From Octopus vulgaris (Eukaryota), in assembly GCA_951406725.2 (NCBI GenBank), contig OX597833.1, forward strand, positions 7,750,001-7,814,000: a DNA stretch of 64,000 bases. The letters run 5' to 3'. Position numbers and translations under genes: made by a program. This document shows, in pieces, positions 42,692 through 54,968 of this stretch (the first letter of the stretch is position 1; the number at the start of each line of letters is the position of its first letter). The notes below the pieces were generated by a model. The model saw only the letters and a list, made by a program, of their open reading frames with translations. It made no database searches and was not told the DNA's origin.

Positions 42692-43135
42692 TGCCTACAC
42701 ACACATATATATCTATACACATACATATACATGTATATATGTATGCATATATGCATACATCCATATATATATACACGCCACATATAGATATGTGTGGACG
42801 TGTATGTATGTATGTATTTGTGTGTCTGTGTGTGTAACTGATTAGATGTCAGCTCATAAAGTGGACCAGCCGGGACACCTCGGGTGGAGTCAGTTTGAGT
42901 AGATATGAAATGAACCGGGTGGCCATTGGGAATGAAAGACTCCGCAGAAAGCTGGGTTAAGTTTGCACCCGTATACACGTAGGCGCATTTACCCGACAGA
43001 CGTTCTCACACTTATACGGGTACGTACTGATATTTAAATACACATATATATGTGTATACACATACACACGAGCATTGATATACAATTACGAAGTTATACA
43101 CATTGTTGCATATCCATACACGTATACTTCCACAT

Positions 43136-43212
<77 letters not shown>

Positions 43213-43227
43213 AATATATATAATTAT

Positions 43228-44315
43228 AATGAAAAATGCGGGCGCATGCATGTTAATATTCAAAGTTATTAGACCTGGAAAAGTACAGAACAACATTTCT
43301 ACAGTATAGAATTTGTCTAATTCGTCATCTCTAAAGGAAACTAAAAAGTCCTTAAAATTAAAATTCTACTGTGCCTAAAATATTGTAGCCGAGAATAGCA
43401 TTTTTAAAATTTACGATATTTTATTAAAACAAAAATTATAAAACATTCCTGGGTTTTCCCAAGAATAAGCCCATCCAATTTTCAGCTTTTGGGCTTAGAT
43501 TCAGAAACTCTTTTCATGTACAGCCCCAGTAATTTTTATTGTTTTCAGAAAAAAAAAATCATTTACTCAAAATTAGTTAAATCTGTATTTAAGCCCATCG
43601 CTTTATTTTTGGGAAAAGCAGTTTTTTAAAAACGAAATGAAATAAAATTAATTTTAAAAAAACACAGTAGAATTCGCCTAATTAGTGATCCCCAAGAGAA
43701 AATTGAAACTGACGAATTATTAGGTGAAGTAACGAATTAGCCAAAGACGAATTAGACTAATTCTACTGGATTAATGCTAATTAATAAATTTTACTTTCGA
43801 TTTATTTGTCAGATTAAATATTTTTTTAATGGGGAAAAATTGACTGAGCCTATGGTTGATTTGAAACCACTTAATAACCATTCTACTTATATCAAAGTGA
43901 AAAAAATATTGTGCAATATTCTGTACAACTTTATATTCTATTGTTTGTACTTGATACAACTAAATAATGACTATTTTAATTGTATATTTCAAAAGAAATG
44001 ATTAAAACACATTTTTTGTTTAAATTTATTTTTGATTATTTTTGTACCATATTTTTAAAGATTTACTCGTTTTTTAGATTCTCATAATAAATAATTTACA
44101 TTATCTCAAATTTACCTAATATAACATATTTTAATTTTTAAAATGTTATTCTCGGCTGCAATATTTTAAGTGCAGTAAAATTTTAATTTTAAGTATTTTT
44201 TAGTTTCCTTTAAAGGTGACGAATTAGACAAATTCGACTGGAGAGATATCGTTCTGTACTTTTCCAGGTGTAACAACTTACGAATATTAACACGGATGTG
44301 TCCGCATTTTTCATT
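43228..44315. mobile_element. Non-autonomous DNA element with ~185-bp terminal inverted repeats
   Basis: AATGAAAAATGCGG...GCCGAGAATAGCATTTT vs AAAATGTTATTCTCGGC...CCGCATTTTTCATT; AT-rich non-coding interior with repeated ACGAATTA motif. Confidence 0.8.
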
Positions 44316-44641
44316 GCGATCCACTCTTTTCCAGACAATGCAATAAACCTAATAAATATTCTTTTGTTCTAAAACTGGAAACATCATCGAATTTGGTTAG
44401 AAACTGAGTTTGTGACAAAGCATAGAAGTGTTCGTGAGTGAGGAAATGGTGACCTTAAGATTATTATTCACACATTACCGTGTGTGAATGAGATTTTTTG
44501 AAAAGCTTTGCACCAAGACACGCATCTTGATGAGTTCTAACATATGAGGTAAAAAAAGAAAAGTTAGGTTTGAATTTGATTTTAGGGGTTACCACTTTTT
44601 TGGTATATTTGGTTCCAGTAGTTTTTTTTATTAAATTTTTC

Positions 44642-44728
<87 letters not shown>

Positions 44729-44844
44729 ATAAAAATGGTAAGACAACAAAAGAATGAAAAAGACCTCGATATTATGTAAATAGAGGAATTTATCTATAAA
44801 AGTAATAATTGCCACATATTACTTTTACATATATATATATATAC

Positions 44845-44902
<58 letters not shown>

Positions 44903-45302
44903 GATACCCAACGCAAAACTAACGTTTCACCAAATCAGCACTGATTTTCAGGCCCACCATTTTAAATGTGACGCTGTGTTCGGCTGTACCTCATGATGGC
45001 TCCACATGTCAGTGCCGCTCCACATTAGATGTAAAATTAATATTAGTTTCAAATTTAGGCAGAAGGCTAGCAAGTTCAGGTTGGTGGTGAGAAATCGATT
45101 ATATCGATCTCACTACTCAACTATCGCTTGTTTTATTGTTCCCGAAATATTATCGATACCACATCAATATTACGTCACGTGATAAACATAAACTAGACAT
45201 TTGAATAATCAAGCATTTCTTTTAATAAGTCGTTGTTGTTATTGTTATATTAATTAATAACTCATTACGGTAATTAATTCAAATGTTCTTTCGTTCCCAC
45301 AG

Positions 45303-45436
45303 GAATGCGGCTCCCCACGTCGGGATACAACCAGCAGGCGGCGTGCGAACGCAAGACTTATTATCATCAGTATCCAGTCCAAGCCGATGCCACACAACTG
45401 CAAGCCCCGGCTTATTTCGACAAATGTCCCATGTGA
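45303..45436 (+). CDS. Probable terminal coding exon of a FoxF-like forkhead transcription factor
   Basis: Strong acceptor TTCTTTCGTTCCCACAG; phase-1 reading (G)MRLPTSGYNQQAACERKTYYHQYPVQADATQLQAPAYFDKCPM*, resembling the recalled FoxF last exon (G..CDRK..YYHQ..YQDIKPCVM). Forkhead exon not in window. Confidence 0.55.
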
Positions 45437-45630
45437 CCCCAACAGGAAGTCCGAGACACGAACAAGATGGCCGCTGTTTCAATCGGCTCCAATCGATATT
45501 TCTCATAGATACATATGTCATATATATATATATATGTGTGTATATTATATGTATGAATATAAAAACAGCTAGTTTGTATACGGTTTAACATTGCAACTAG
45601 GTGGTTTTATTAATTTTTGTGTATATATAT

Positions 45631-45700
<70 letters not shown>

Positions 45701-46041
45701 TAGACATACATACCTACATATATATGTGTGCGTGTGTATGTGTGTATGCTTGTGCGTGTGTGTGTATGTATATGTATGGATGTATGGATGTTTATATATA
45801 TCCATAAAATACTTATACACATATATATATCCATACATTTTATACATATAAATATCTATACATATATATACACAAACATACATATATATATATATATACG
45901 TGTATACATGTATGCATATATATATATATATAAATATATACATACATATATATACATATACATATATAAATGCGCATATAATATATTTGCAAATATATGC
46001 ATTTGTATATATAATCGTACACATGCATATATATATACATA

Positions 46042-46088
<47 letters not shown>

Positions 46089-46128
46089 ATATAGATATAT
46101 ATACACTTATATATATGCATATATATAC

Positions 46129-46178
<50 letters not shown>

Positions 46179-46535
46179 TGTCTGTATGTATGTATGTACG
46201 TATGTATATATATATATGTATATAGTTGAAGATTTTATGAAAAATTTATTACAAGTTAGTAATATGGAAATTTATGGTTCGAGTCATATCGGGGATTACC
46301 GCATGTTAATCCTCGGATTGTTTTTTGGGAGTTTTTTTCATATTATATAAATGACTATGATGCATATATTTTCATACATGCACATACACACACACACACA
46401 TACACACATACATACATATATACATACACACACACACACATACACACACACACACACATATACATATATACATATATATAGATAAGGTTTATAGTTATTC
46501 ATTCAAGTGTGTAGACCGGTAGGCGGCAAAGTTAT

Positions 46536-46571
46536 TCCTAACGTTTCGAACAAGTTACTTCTTCAAAGGGA
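46536..46571 (-). ncRNA. Decayed minimal hammerhead at the 3' end of a Penelope-like element
   Basis: TCCCT-TTGAAGA-AGTAAC-TT-GTTC-GAAAC-GTT-AGGA. Confidence 0.45.
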
Positions 46572-46599
46572 TGGGAACTATTTTCTTTGTCTTTCCTCA

Positions 46600-47570
46600 G
46601 CGAGAGATTAGAAACATTAGAGAATAACGGGAAATGACAAGGGTTCGTAGTGAAGTGGCGGAAAGGAGAAAATTGATCGACGGAAAAGGAGAAAACGAAA
46701 TCATGAGAACAATAAAGAAAACGGTGCGTTTAGAAAGAGATCGACTGGTTAGTTTAAGAGATGCTTTGTGTTGCTGCTGTTTTGTGAACCGCCGCAAGAA
46801 GCATTGAACAGCAGGATTTTACACCAATAGGTGAGGGTAGAAGGTCGATTAAAAGTGGAAGAGGAATGAGTCCTGGTCTGTCGGGTACGTGTAGAATCGC
46901 GGTGTGGTTAATGTTATGGGTCTCCGTGAAGGGCGGTAACGCAACCGATCGAGTTTATCCTTGATTGAGAAGGTGCCGCATTTCTTCATATTTGGGAGGA
47001 ATCGATCCGAATCAGTGCTGCTTAACCGACAAAGTTGAAGAAATTAAGAGAGTAGGAGAATGGTTTTGAGAGAAATATTAGAGATGGGGGTTTGAGTTAG
47101 TTGATTTGTAGTGGACTAAGGTGGAGGTTGTCCATAGTGACAGAGATATCTAGGGCGGTGACAGATGTATCACACACGGCAGAAGTGAGTTCTAGGGCAT
47201 AGTCAAATTAATATAGGAGATAAAGCTATTGTCTGACGCGTGCAGAAGCAATCAAGTTAGCGACAGTACAATTCAGGCATACAACCAGTGAATTAGATAA
47301 AATATGCGCTTGCATATTATGAACAAAAGGTTTGTATAAGTTGTAGCCACTTTGGTACCCATAGCAACCTCACAAAATTATTAGTAAAGTTCAATGGAAA
47401 ACGAGAAGCAATTTAGATTGAGGGTGAACTGATTAAGATGGAGTAGGGTGGTAGATTTGGGTATGAATAGGGTTGGTAGTCTAGAGTGTATTTAAGGATG
47501 TATAGAGACGCTTGAAGAAATGTTCGTGTAGGATGATTTAACGTTCATAGGGAGTAGAAGTTGAAAATAT
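46600..47570 (-). pseudogene. Decayed Penelope-like reverse transcriptase
   Basis: LLLPMNVKSSYTNI..PKSTTLLHL..TLNLNCFSF..VAMGTKVATTYTNL..VHYKSTNS match PLE RT motifs (MDVKSLYTNI, GVAMGT..YANL, YKPTDS). Confidence 0.8.
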
Positions 47571-47701
47571 CTTAGGGATATAGAGAACAACATGAAGTGG
47601 TTTGAGACAATGTTGACGCGTTTACTATGCGTTTCTGTGGCGGAAATGCGGAATGATACCAATTTATCGGGGTATCCGGAGAGAATTTTGGTGGGAAAGA
47701 A

Positions 47702-47748
<47 letters not shown>

Positions 47749-47791
47749 TATATATACATGTGTATGTGTGTATATATGCACACACACACAT

Positions 47792-47842
<51 letters not shown>

Positions 47843-48348
47843 ATTATTTCACGTGTTAACATAAAAACTGAATAACAATAAACGCAAGCCACAACAATAA
47901 TAGCAACAAGGACGACGGGAAGGACGACGGGGAGGAGGAGGAGGAGGAAGAAGAAGACCACAACAAGAACAAGAACAATGTCAACAACAAATAATAAAAG
48001 ATAATTAAAAGAAAATCATTCGATAATTTTGCGAACCATTCCACTGTATTTTGTGTTTTTATTTATTTCTTGCAATTGTTTTTCTTTTCTTTTTTGTTTT
48101 CAAAAAATTGTTTCGTCGCAGCAGTTGATTCCTCGCGCTTGCATTGTCTTTGTTGAGTATTAAAAAATGAAATCTGCTTCACAAGTGATGCCAGAGAATT
48201 TCATGAGATTCTACCAAATTAAGAATCAAGGAGAAATTGTATAAAATGTCTCTCCTGTAGAACTGTCGTGGAAGAATCAGCATTGCCTGCGCTCTTTCAA
48301 CGAACATCCTTGGTCAGCCACAATGTGTGTGTGTGTGCGTGTATTGTT

Positions 48349-48408
<60 letters not shown>

Positions 48409-48416
<8 letters not shown>

Positions 48417-48616
48417 ATCCAAACAAGAAAGCAAAAAAAAAACACACGCGAGGACGTGGAAGAAATATAGTATTATTGGACGCTCAGGAAAGAAGGAAAG
48501 AAGGAGGGTTTAACGTTTCGAGCGGAGCTCTTCGTCGGAAACATAGGAGAAGGAAAGATCCAGAGAAGTGAAGACAGAGGGGAAAAAATCGCCAACGGTA
48601 CACACGAGGTCACATT

Positions 48617-48620
<4 letters not shown>
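48409..48620 (-). mobile_element. 212-bp non-coding element in (TA)n carrying a minimal hammerhead (48508-48542)
   Basis: GTTT-CCGACGA-A-GAGC-TCC-GCTC-GAAAC-GTT-AAAC; (TA)n on both sides; no ORF, no pol III boxes. Confidence 0.65.
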
Positions 48621-48667
<47 letters not shown>

Positions 48668-49024
48668 TGTCAAAGGCTATTTTCAAGACTCAATCCCACA
48701 TCTTTTATAAGCATGACAGATGTTCTACCATTGTACCAAAACATTACTTCAAATTTCTCCAATATTTTAAAAACTCTATTCTTACCAGCGAGAATTGCAT
48801 GTTGCTTTGATTCAATGGTAGGATGTCTGTCTGTCGTGTTTACGGAAAACGTGGGTTCGTGTCTCAGCGGCAACCTCCTTTTTCTACAAAGGGGATGTTT
48901 TTAAAAGCCAGTATTTACACGCTTCTATTTATAGCTTTATCCACTTTGAGTTCAGCCTTTTAAAACGAATTATTTCACATTCTGGAAATTTCTTAATTTC
49001 TTACGGTGTCAACAATATATACAT

Positions 49025-49161
49025 GCGCAGGAGTGGCTGTGTGGTAAGTAGCTTGCTAACCAACCACATGGTTGCGGGTTCAGTCCCACTGCGTGGCATC
49101 TTGGGCAAGTGTCAATGCCTTGTGAGTGGATTTGGTAGACGGAAACTGAAAGAAGCCTGTC

Positions 49162-49246
<85 letters not shown>

Positions 49247-49410
49247 TGTTTGTCCCCCTAGCATTGCTGGTGTGTTTATGTCCCCGACAAAAGAGACCGA
49301 TAGAATAAGTACTGGGCTTACAAAGAATAAGTCCCGGGGGTCGAGTTGCTCAACTAAAGGCGGTGCTCCAGCATGGCCGCAGTCAAATGACTGAAACAAG
49401 TAAAAGAGTA
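49025..49410 (+). mobile_element. SINE family A with small deletions
   Basis: Head GCGCAGGAGTGGCTGTGTGG; internal (TA)n(TG)n; hairpin tail. Confidence 0.9.
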
Positions 49411-49790
49411 TGCGTGTGTGTGTGTGTGTGTGTGTAATCAGTATTTTGTTTTGATTCTCTGGGCTCTGATTTTATATTTTGCTGTCGTTAACTTTGCATT
49501 CCAAGCAATAAAATAAAAAAAAAAGAATCATCGAAGGCGGTTGATTGACTGAAGTGTAAGAACGGTGTTACAGGTTTAATCCAGCCGAACAAAGAAAGGT
49601 AAGCGACGCGACACACGTGGATTGAGCAAAAGCGTGTTACTCAGTCAATTGAGTAGGACAAGAAGTTGTGTTACACTATAGATTGTATAGCATAAAATAT
49701 GTTACTCAGGAAAGAAAATCTGGGACTGTCTCTACTCTTGACCGACGAAAGAAATTCTTCAACTTCAATGAGGAATAGTTTTATTCAATA

Positions 49791-50193
49791 CTAGCAGTAT
49801 CGCCCGGCGTTGCTCGGGTTTGTAAGGGAAATAACTATATAAGCATTTTTAGAGAGTTATAGCCAAAAAATAGCATTAAAAATGCATTAAAAATGGGAAA
49901 AAATGATGGTAAATTTTTTTTAAATCGTTGACTCCTCGTAGACATTTTTAGAGAGTTACTTCCCTTATATGATAGCGAAAAAATGCATTAAAATGGAAAA
50001 AAATTATGGTAAATTATTTTTAAAATCGTAGACTCATCGTAGACGCGCGCGCTAATACCCAGAAGGACTCGATATGAATGACGACTATAAGATACCCGGT
50101 TTTGGTTAAACTGCACCGCAAAATGTGGGAGTAGTTAGGAATCTAAATCGGAGTAGACAGACTTTCACACAACCTCACTTTTATATATAAAGA
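49791..50193 (-). mobile_element. Non-autonomous Helitron
   Basis: Minus strand A|TCTTTATATATAAAA ... CCCGAGCAACGCCGGG hairpin ... CTAG|T; internal imperfect tandem repeats. Confidence 0.85.
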
Positions 50194-50414
50194 TATCAAA
50201 AAGCTTCTTCCAACTCTTCATTTTCTCCTCCTTCTTCTTCTCTTTTTCCTCCTCCTCCTCTTACTACTACTACTATTTTTTCTTCCTTATTTCTTCGTCT
50301 TTGTGTCCTTCTTCTGATACTCCTTCACCTAACCCTTCTTCACGCATTTCCATTGGTGATTCGCGCCCTAATCCACAGAGTGATAGCGGTCACCTATTCA
50401 AACCTTTTGGAATC

Positions 50415-50558
50415 TATTTCTTTACTACCCACAAGGGGCTAAACACAGAGAGGACAAACGGATTAAGTCGATTATATCGACCCCAGTGTGTAACTGGTAC
50501 TTATTTAATCGACCCCGAAAGGCTGAAAGGCAAAGTCGACCTCGGCGGAATTTGAACT
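50415..50558 (-). mobile_element. SINE family B, 5'-truncated
   Basis: TTTCTTTACTACCCACAAGGGGCTAAACACAG...GGAATTTGAACTC. Confidence 0.85.
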
Positions 50559-50839
50559 CTGCTGTAATAACCAGGTCCTGGTGACTACCCATTCGTCATA
50601 CAAGTGATTCGTTCTCTAATCCACAAGTTGGTTGACCTTAACCCCAATTCGTATTTAAACCGTTTCCCGGTTCATCTTTTAAATTATTTTCTTTATTTTC
50701 CTCCCACAAATATTCCTGATCGTCATGCCTTCAGTGTATCTGGGGACAATGGAGACCTGACTGCTATTTCTAGTAAGTCGGTGACTGTAGAGAGACTCGG
50801 TTGTTGGCTCAGGAGAAGTACTGACGCGTATTTAGATAT

Positions 50840-51062
50840 ATATTTCTTTATTGCCCACAAGGGTCTAAACACAGAGGGGACAAACAAGGACAGACAAACG
50901 GATTAAGTTGATTACACCGACCCCAGTGCCTAACTGGTACTTAATTTATCGACCCCGAAAGGATGAAAGGCAAAGTCGACCTCGGCAGAATTTGAACTCA
51001 GAACGTAACGGCAAACTAAATATCGCTAAACATTTCGCCCGGCGTGCTAACGTTTCTGCCAG
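50840..51062 (-). mobile_element. SINE family B, near full length
   Basis: Matches 35708-35939. Confidence 0.9.
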
Positions 51063-51089
51063 AGAAGGAAAAAAATTACTAAACAAAAT

Positions 51090-51500
51090 AGGCGCAGGAG
51101 TGGCTGTGTGGTAAGTAGCTTGTCTACCAACCACATAGTTCCGGGTTCAGTACCACTGCGTGGCACCTTGGGCAAGTGTCTTCTACTATAGCCTCGGGCC
51201 GACCAAAGCCTTGTTAGTGGATTTGGTAGACGGAAACTGAAAGAAGCCCGTCGTATACATGTATATATATATATATGCGTGTGTGTGTTTGTGTGTCTGT
51301 GTTTGTCTCCCTAGCATTGCTTGACAACCGATGCTGGTGTGTTTATGTCTCCGTCACTTAGCGGTTCGGCAAAAGAGACCGATAGAATAAGTACTGGGCT
51401 TACAAAAGAATAAGTCCCGGAGTCGAGTTGCTCGACTAAAGGCGGTGCTCCAGCATGGCCGCAGTCAAATGACTGAAACAAGTAAAAGAGTAAAGAGTAA
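51090..51500 (+). mobile_element. SINE family A, full length
   Basis: Matches 12370-12790; lies head-to-head with the preceding SINE B. Confidence 0.92.
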
Positions 51501-53654
51501 AATACATGAACGGATACTGTAATAGCTTCACCTTATCTAGATACAGCGTAACAATACCTGTTTAATCCCAGATATTTACTGATCACAAAATAATTAATCA
51601 TTTCTAATAGGCTCAAGACCTGAGATTTTCTTGCTGATCCTCAGAATATTTTAGCGAAATCTTGAAATTCCTCAAAACGTTTTTGGGAAATTTCAGACAA
51701 AAGAGAAACTAAAAGTTCGCTGCAAACAGGATGGCAACTAAGGGAGGCAACTCTTGTCTGCTGCATGTAAATTAAAGGGAAATAACTCTTTTTTAATGCA
51801 GCTCGGAATTTTGTCAGTGAACAGGTTTCGATCTCGAAGCGACGAAAATATTTTGGCAAATTAAATTTAAATGTTGAAGTGAATCGAACGGTTTTTGTGG
51901 GCTTTTAAGTGGCTTAAAGGTTGTTCTTTGCTTTGTTTTTATAAATATTTTATATTTTTCGCGTTGATTTTTGTTAAAAGTAATGAGTTGTAATAAATCT
52001 CTGAACGAGATGTAAACAGTAACTGCTCGACAACGTAAAGTATACTAGCCATCTCAATATGGCTAACCACTAAGGGTGGGTGTTACTGTAGCTTTTAGCC
52101 CCAGGAGAACATCGTCTCCAGCTGGCTTTAGGCACACTTTCTGTGCCCTTATGGTATTTGCAAAGGGAGGTCATCCCTCTCTCGTAAACCTAAGCGATAC
52201 GCACGGACTGCAGTTTCTAGGTATTTGCCTGTCTTCAGCGTACGGCAATCACCGATTTTCGATGAAGGGAGTCCGTTTGCAAATATTTATTGTTTTTCCA
52301 GTAACTTTTCGTCGGTTGGTCTTCTAATCCGTTCGTGCTGTGGTTCACCGGATTTCCTGTAAGGTGAGGACATCATTAAGTAGTTTGTTAATTATAGGGA
52401 GGGTAAATTTAATGAGATCAGTAAACCCCAAGTGCATTTGTTAGATTGATCTTTAACGTGGGTTCTTCCTAGGCTTCCGGAGATTCGTCAAAGACATTTC
52501 GGTTTCCCATAACCATTATCACTGACGAAAATATGGATTGGGGGGTTGGAGGGGTGTATTCGTGTATATCTTGATTATTAGACATGATATAATAGACAAA
52601 TGGGCCACAGGGAAATATCAATGAAAAGATTATGAAAACGGGGCCGTTACAAACAGAAGGTACTGACCCCCCAACCTGTTGTTGCTGTAAATATTTCCAG
52701 AAATAAGAGAAATATTTCATGATCGATTCTGTTGAAACAAAAGAAAATCTAAATCAAATAATAAACAAAAAACAAAATCGATTGATTCGTGTTTTGATCG
52801 ATGTTGCAGGTCACTATTGGGAATATATTGGGTTTTACAATGGTGAGACTCTCTGTGGTAGAAATAAGTAACTTGAGAGAACGTCGAACAAAATTTCAAA
52901 TGCCTCCAGCGTCAACTTGGCCTTTCATCCTTTCGGCTTCGACAAAGTAAGTACCAGTAATTTACGTTAAAAGTTAGCCATCTGCTGAACAGAGCTCACT
53001 GAAATATTCCGCACACAGATGATCCTTTCCTTTTTGATGCGTGGCACCTCTGCAACCATTTTACACATTTTTCAACTCGTCCATAACCACATCACTGAGC
53101 CCAGCTCTCAAAGGTCACCAAACCTTTTTTGCAGTGGATTTCAGGGCCCAAATCCTAACTGATTTACGATCAACACCTTCTGTGACCCGCAACATTAACT
53201 TCGACATTCACCAATCATAATGCTGCTCTGATCAGCAGCACAGCATCAAAGCCACAACACAGCAGCTGTGATTACCGTTTCTACAAAATGGGATCAACAG
53301 AACAATGTTGTATATTTTAAAAACGTGTTGAGATTGTATTTTATTGAATGAAATAAAAATGAAACAATACAAATGTGTTTACCAGTCACTTTATCTCTTT
53401 GGGTGTTGGGGGGGGGGGGAATAGGGGATACTGGCCCCGGACCGACGACCAATTAGTAGCAGCGAACTTAACTACAGCTGTTCACATGGCACCATATATA
53501 TATATATATATATACGATATATATAGTTATAACAGACCCTCATTGTTATAATTAGATATATTTTTACCGAATATGGTCCTTTTCCATACCGAAATACTAC
53601 TTGGTGAAATTTGTTGATTTTATTAAATTAATTATATTTCACCCTTTATCTGTA

Positions 53655-53705
<51 letters not shown>

Positions 53706-53844
53706 TATATAAAGTTCTATATGTATACATATGTGAGTTACATGTATATGTATATCATACAGGGCGACACGCACAAGAATGTAGCCCCGGTGCCACAGCA
53801 TAGAGTAAATACAGAAATGTAGAGGCATATATATATATACCTAC

Positions 53845-53891
<47 letters not shown>

Positions 53892-53896
53892 TAAAT

Positions 53897-54446
53897 ATAG
53901 ATAAAACTTAGTTGGAAATGTATGTGTGGCACTCGATCATATAATAATATAAATAAATTATAAATATATGCATATATACATACATATATGTACATACCTA
54001 CATATATATGTATATATACATGCATATGTGGGTACAAGACATAAAAAAACGTGAACAAAATGAGAAAGAAGAACATAAAAAAGCAAAAACAGAAAACGAA
54101 CTTTTTTTTAACAACGAAAGAAACAAACAGACAACGGAGACATGCAACACAAAGAACAATCCCTTCATCAGTTGTCCCCTGTTTTATCTCCTCAGAGTTT
54201 CGAAGGTAAGGACAAGACGAGACTTCGTTAAAAACAGGAGAGAAAGAAGAAAACAGTAAAAACAAACGGCGAGGGCTGTTAATCCAAGACGATGTGAAGT
54301 GGTGAATGCTGGGAAAACCGAGCTTTGAGAAGAGACAGATCTTTAGGAAGGAAGTGGAAGAAAGAAAGATGGCCGTTCGTCACGTGTGAGCAACGAGAGT
54401 CAAGGAGGAAGAGTGAGGGTATTTATATTATTATATACATACATAT
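53897..54446. repeat. ~550-bp direct repeat, copy 1
   Basis: Aligns along its length with 61032-61564. Confidence 0.92.
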
Positions 54447-54769
54447 GTATATAAAGTTGCAGGTGACGTGAGGAAGCGACGAGACGCATTGGCTTTGTTG
54501 AGAGAGATCTGATCTTCGCTGAGTTTGGTAGACTAATCTTCGCCGAGAAAATCACATGAAATTGGCTAAAAAGTAATTTTTACTTTTAAAGAATCAGCAA
54601 TATGTATCATGTTTGAAAGACTCTGCAAAGATAGTCTACAAACGTATAATCCTGCTTCTATAAAACATTGCTGAATTACAGTAAAATATTTCCTCTGAGA
54701 GAGAAAGCATTTCTTTACTTCTGTGTCTGAAATGTGCAGGAGATAATTTTCTGTTAAATATACTTTTTC

Positions 54770-54965
54770 CAGAGTATTTGCGACATTTTTAAATAGACAT
54801 TGATCAATATTTCTTCTTTCTCTCTCTGTCTCTTCACTTCTCTCCCTCACGCCTTTCCTTGTCTCTTCTTATCTGCTTTCAGCTCTCAATCTCTCTTTAA
54901 ATACATAGACGCTTTCTTTCTCGATTTCTTCTCTACCCTCTATCGCACTATTAAATTAACATAAA
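54770..54965 (+). repeat. LINE 5'UTR repeat unit, copy 1 (copy 2 at ~56857-57065)
   Basis: AGAGTATTTGCGACATTTTTAAATA...CGCACTATTAAATTAA occurs on both sides of the pogo element. Confidence 0.9.
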
Positions 54966-54968
54966 TTA

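Noticed and set aside
42404-43030. CpG-rich unique segments with short stop-free frames
   Set aside because: No convincing splice sites or homology; could be regulatory or an old repeat.
54160-54215. Permuted HHR-like motifs (CCTTCGAAAC ... CTGATGAAGGG, minus strand) in both direct repeats
   Set aside because: Core halves are present but I could not form stems I and III; left uncalled.
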